DNA of 53,795 nucleotides from a virus: UHGV virus genome UHGV-0191815; one strand, 5' to 3'. Shown piece by piece: positions 50,603 to 53,795 of this stretch (position 1 is its first letter; each line of letters starts with the position of its first letter). The notes under the pieces were generated by a model. It saw only the letters and a program-made list of their open reading frames with translations, ran no database searches and was not told where the DNA came from. The position numbers and the translations under genes were made by a program.

Positions 50603-53600
50603 ATGAGTAGCGGCGGCGGCAAAGCCAAAACACCAACATTGTTAAACGATAACCTGTTCCACAAACAGTTTTATCGCGTTTTGGACATTCTCAGCGAGGG
50701 ACCAATATATGGCCCTGTAAACCAGAAAGCGCCATTAAACAGCGTGATGCTCAATGACACGCCTATCACTGACACAAACGGAAACACGTCAGTTCCCGGC
50801 GTTAGCGTGGCGTGGCGCAATGGTACGGCTGACCAGTCACCAATTAACGGCTTCAACGCTATTGAATCAACGGTTATCGTCAACGCAAAAGTAACTCACG
50901 ATACACCAATAATCAGGACCATATCAGATCCAAACGTTAACCGCGTAAGGCTGAATCTTGGCGTTGATTCTCTGGTTCAGTCAGATGATAAGGGCAATCA
51001 GTACAATACATCCGTTACGTTGATGGTTGACGTTAAGCCTTCATCTTCAACAACGTGGTCACTGGTTAAAGATATTCACATTGGCCCAGGTAAACAAAGC
51101 GGTGAGTACCTAGAGGCGCACATCATCCAGGCGCCGGATGAAAAACCGTTTGATATTCGCGTTCGCCGCGTAACGCCGGACAGCACTGGCGATCTTCTTC
51201 ACAACGACACCAGGTGGAGCAGTTACAGCGAGATAATCGACGATAATTTATCTTATCCTCACACCGCTGTAGCGGGCGCGGTAATTGACCACGATCAGTA
51301 TACTGACACGCCGACACGCACCTATCACATGCGCGGGCTGATTGTTGACGTGCCTGATAACTACGACCCGGAAACACGCACATACTCAGGTTTATGGCTT
51401 GGTGGCTTCAAAAAGGCATACACCAACAACCCTGCATGGCTTTTCAGGTATCTGGTTAAAAATGAACGTTTCGGGCTTGCCCGCCACGCTGGTTACATAG
51501 ACGTTGATGACGGCGCACTGTATACGCTTTCTCAATACTGCGACCAGTTGGTAAACGACGGTTACGGCGGCCTTGAACCACGCATGACGCTTAACGCTTA
51601 CATCACTGAGCAAATGAGCGCCCGCGACTTGCTGGATAACATTGCAGGCATGTTCCGTGGTATCGCGTTATGGGACGGGCAGCGACTTACGGTGATGATT
51701 GATGCACCGCAGGATCCAATTGCCACCATCACAAATGCAAACGTCGTTGATGGCGCGTTAACTCGTTCAAGTATCGCTCGCGCAGAATCTTACAACGCCG
51801 TTATCGTGTCATGGACTGACCCGGAAAACGGTTGGGAGCAATCAAAAGAATACGTGGCGGATGATGAATTGATCGCCCGCGATGGTTACAACGAAACCAC
51901 GTTAGAGGCTTTTGGTTGCACATCACGCGGGCAGGCGTACCGCGCTGGCAAATGGCTGATAGAAACAGCAAAACGCGAACCCTCAAAATTCACGTTTAAA
52001 ATGGCCCGTGACGCAATTCACTTCACCCCGGGGGATATTATAGAGATACTCGACAATAACCGCGCTGGCGCTCGTTTGGGCGGTCGTATCGTGGCGAATA
52101 ACGGGAAAGTGATAACTGTAGACAAGGTTGATTCTGACCTGGTGGCGGCTGGTGACACTATCAGCTTACTGGACAGCGACGGCAAGTTTAAAAAACATCA
52201 GATCACTGGTGTTAACGGAAACAATATTACCCTTTCGGCTGCGCCCGCATGGATTCGTAACGGAACCGTATTTGCTGTTTCTACTGAATCCGCAAAACCT
52301 GTTCTGTGCAGAATCACCAGCGTAGCGGAAACAGAAAATAACAGCGTGTACACCATCGAGGCTGCACAGCACGATCCGCACAAACAGGCTGTAGTTGATG
52401 AAGGAGCAATCTTCGAGGTAAACAACGACACGCTTAATCACTTCCGCGTGCCGAACATTGAAAATCTGAAGGTGTTAAACGTTGGTTCTGAGACAGTACA
52501 ATGCCGCGCAACATGGGAAACACAGACGACAACGCATCGCCTGACCTTTGAAATACGCGTATATAACACCGAAGGCCGCATTGTGGCAACTTATGAAACC
52601 ACGAATTACCGCTATGACTTTTATGGCCTCGACGCTGGCAGCTACACGCTTGGTATTCGCGGGCGTAATGACACTGGCATGAAGGGTGCGGAAAGTATTG
52701 TTGACCTGGTTATTGGTGCGCCAGCGGCCCCGATTGGAGTTAATTGGGTTCCAGGTGTCTTCCAGGCAACGGTATATCCGATCAGCAAAACAACCCTGAC
52801 CACTGACACGGCATATGATTTCTACTACTCAGGTGAAAATCAGATCACTGACCCGTCAAAAGTAACCACGCTGGCGCAATTCGCCGGGCGAGGCTACCAA
52901 TGGACTTTTGGCGGCATGAACACGGGACACACCTATTACGTTTATGTGCGCGCGCGTAATGCCTTTGGTGTGTCAGACTTCGTTGAGGTATCAGGTAAAC
53001 CAACTGAAAACTTCGACGAAATCAGCGACTACGTGATGAAGGATGTCATGGAGTCAGAACAGTTCAAGGGCATGATTGGCGACATTAAAGATCTTGGCGA
53101 CCGCGCTGATCTTATCGAAAGCGCTACAAATGACCTGAAAAACGCTACTGATAACCTCAAAACTGCAACTGACAACCTGACAAACATCACTGACGAATTG
53201 AGGACTGACACGGACGGCCTAATCACAGAGACAGGGGCCATAAAAGCTGACACAGACGCACTGAAAAAAGAGACGGAAGATCTTTATAAAAAGGTTGGGG
53301 AAAACGCCGACGATATTGGACAGCATGAGGCAAGAATAGATTTGCTGGAGGTATCCAGCGAAAAAGTTGACAGTGAACTGGCGCAAGCAAAAGCAAGCCT
53401 GCAAAACGCGTCATTGGCGCTTATCAATAACTCACTTGCACAGACAAACACGCGGGTTACTCTCACTGCCCAGTACAAGAAAGGCAGAACAGAGACGAAG
53501 GCTGAAATTGACCGAATTGACAACGTTATTGCTGATGAGAAACAGGCCACGGCTGAATCGCTGAAAACCATCACAGCAGAAATGAACACGATGGATTCTA

Positions 53601-53795
53601 ACCTCAAAGGTCAGATCTCAAGCGTGGAACGCGCAGTGGCTGACGAGGCCAGTGCCCGCGCTGAAGCAATTAACAACGTTAACGCATCAATAAACAATCT
53701 CGACAAGAAAACCGACGCCAGCGTGAACCGCCTTGATCAAGCTATTGCCGACGAAACCAGTGCCCGTACCCAGGCTGTAAGCGATGTGAAAGCCT
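50603..53795 (+). CDS. J: Tail tip / host-specificity protein J (N-terminal 1064 codons; runs off the window end and probably continues at nt 2..1363)
   Basis: Strong collinear similarity to lambda gpJ (...ILSEGPIYGPV..., ...DIRVRRVTPDSTGD..., ...EAFGCTSRGQAYRAGKWLIETA...); no stop before the window end; RBS aggag. Confidence 0.9.
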   Translation, partial: MSSGGGKAKTPTLLNDNLFHKQFYRVLDILSEGPIYGPVNQKAPLNSVMLNDTPITDTNGNTSVPGVSVAWRNGTADQSPINGFNAIESTVIVNAKVTHDTPIIRTISDPNVNRVRLNLGVDSLVQSDDKGNQYNTSVTLMVDVKPSSSTTWSLVKDIHIGPGKQSGEYLEAHIIQAPDEKPFDIRVRRVTPDSTGDLLHNDTRWSSYSEIIDDNLSYPHTAVAGAVIDHDQYTDTPTRTYHMRGLIVDVPDNYDPETRTYSGLWLGGFKKAYTNNPAWLFRYLVKNERFGLARHAGYIDVDDGALYTLSQYCDQLVNDGYGGLEPRMTLNAYITEQMSARDLLDNIAGMFRGIALWDGQRLTVMIDAPQDPIATITNANVVDGALTRSSIARAESYNAVIVSWTDPENGWEQSKEYVADDELIARDGYNETTLEAFGCTSRGQAYRAGKWLIETAKREPSKFTFKMARDAIHFTPGDIIEILDNNRAGARLGGRIVANNGKVITVDKVDSDLVAAGDTISLLDSDGKFKKHQITGVNGNNITLSAAPAWIRNGTVFAVSTESAKPVLCRITSVAETENNSVYTIEAAQHDPHKQAVVDEGAIFEVNNDTLNHFRVPNIENLKVLNVGSETVQCRATWETQTTTHRLTFEIRVYNTEGRIVATYETTNYRYDFYGLDAGSYTLGIRGRNDTGMKGAESIVDLVIGAPAAPIGVNWVPGVFQATVYPISKTTLTTDTAYDFYYSGENQITDPSKVTTLAQFAGRGYQWTFGGMNTGHTYYVYVRARNAFGVSDFVEVSGKPTENFDEISDYVMKDVMESEQFKGMIGDIKDLGDRADLIESATNDLKNATDNLKTATDNLTNITDELRTDTDGLITETGAIKADTDALKKETEDLYKKVGENADDIGQHEARIDLLEVSSEKVDSELAQAKASLQNASLALINNSLAQTNTRVTLTAQYKKGRTETKAEIDRIDNVIADEKQATAESLKTITAEMNTMDSNLKGQISSVERAVADEASARAEAINNVNASINNLDKKTDASVNRLDQAIADETSARTQAVSDVKA

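Noticed and set aside
1-53795. CRISPR arrays, tRNA/rRNA genes, insertion sequences or transposases
   Set aside because: No regularly spaced direct repeats with unique spacers, no cloverleaf-like sequences with a T-loop consensus in non-coding gaps, and no transposase-like ORFs were seen on manual inspection; small tRNAs could still have been missed by eye.

Overview
This window reads as a complete, circularly permuted temperate siphovirus genome of about 53.8 kb. Both window ends lie inside the same J-like tail-tip gene: the last 5 nt (agcct) equal the first 5 nt and joining them keeps the reading frame. Recognisable modules are: a lambda-like tail tip (M, L, K, I, J) with tape measure; a side tail fibre with a C-terminal intramolecular-chaperone domain; a P4-type tyrosine integrase with a repeat-rich upstream region; a CI-like repressor (HTH + S24 peptidase); a minus-strand replication operon (Cro-like HTH, initiator with four 11-bp-phased iterons, DnaB-like helicase, NinB); and a long plus-strand operon (N-like arginine-rich protein, Erf, SSB, Dam and C5 methyltransferases, NinG, RusA, a DnaJ-type zinc-finger Q-like protein, pinholin / SAR endolysin / Rz / Rz1, terminase, portal, capsid). 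All calls are by eye from the translations and raw sequence; no searches were run. The most unusual content is (i) a tandem array of nine very short genes (eight of 22-27 codons, one of 61) encoding single-transmembrane peptides between the lysis cassette and the terminase, (ii) three reverse-oriented small-gene cassettes inserted between tail genes, each next to a TACA/TGTA palindrome, (iii) a 35-nt boxA-plus-hairpin element present on both strands, and (iv) a 5-kb block of about 21 overlapping small genes between the Q-like gene and the lysis promoter. No tRNA, rRNA, CRISPR array or transposase was seen.
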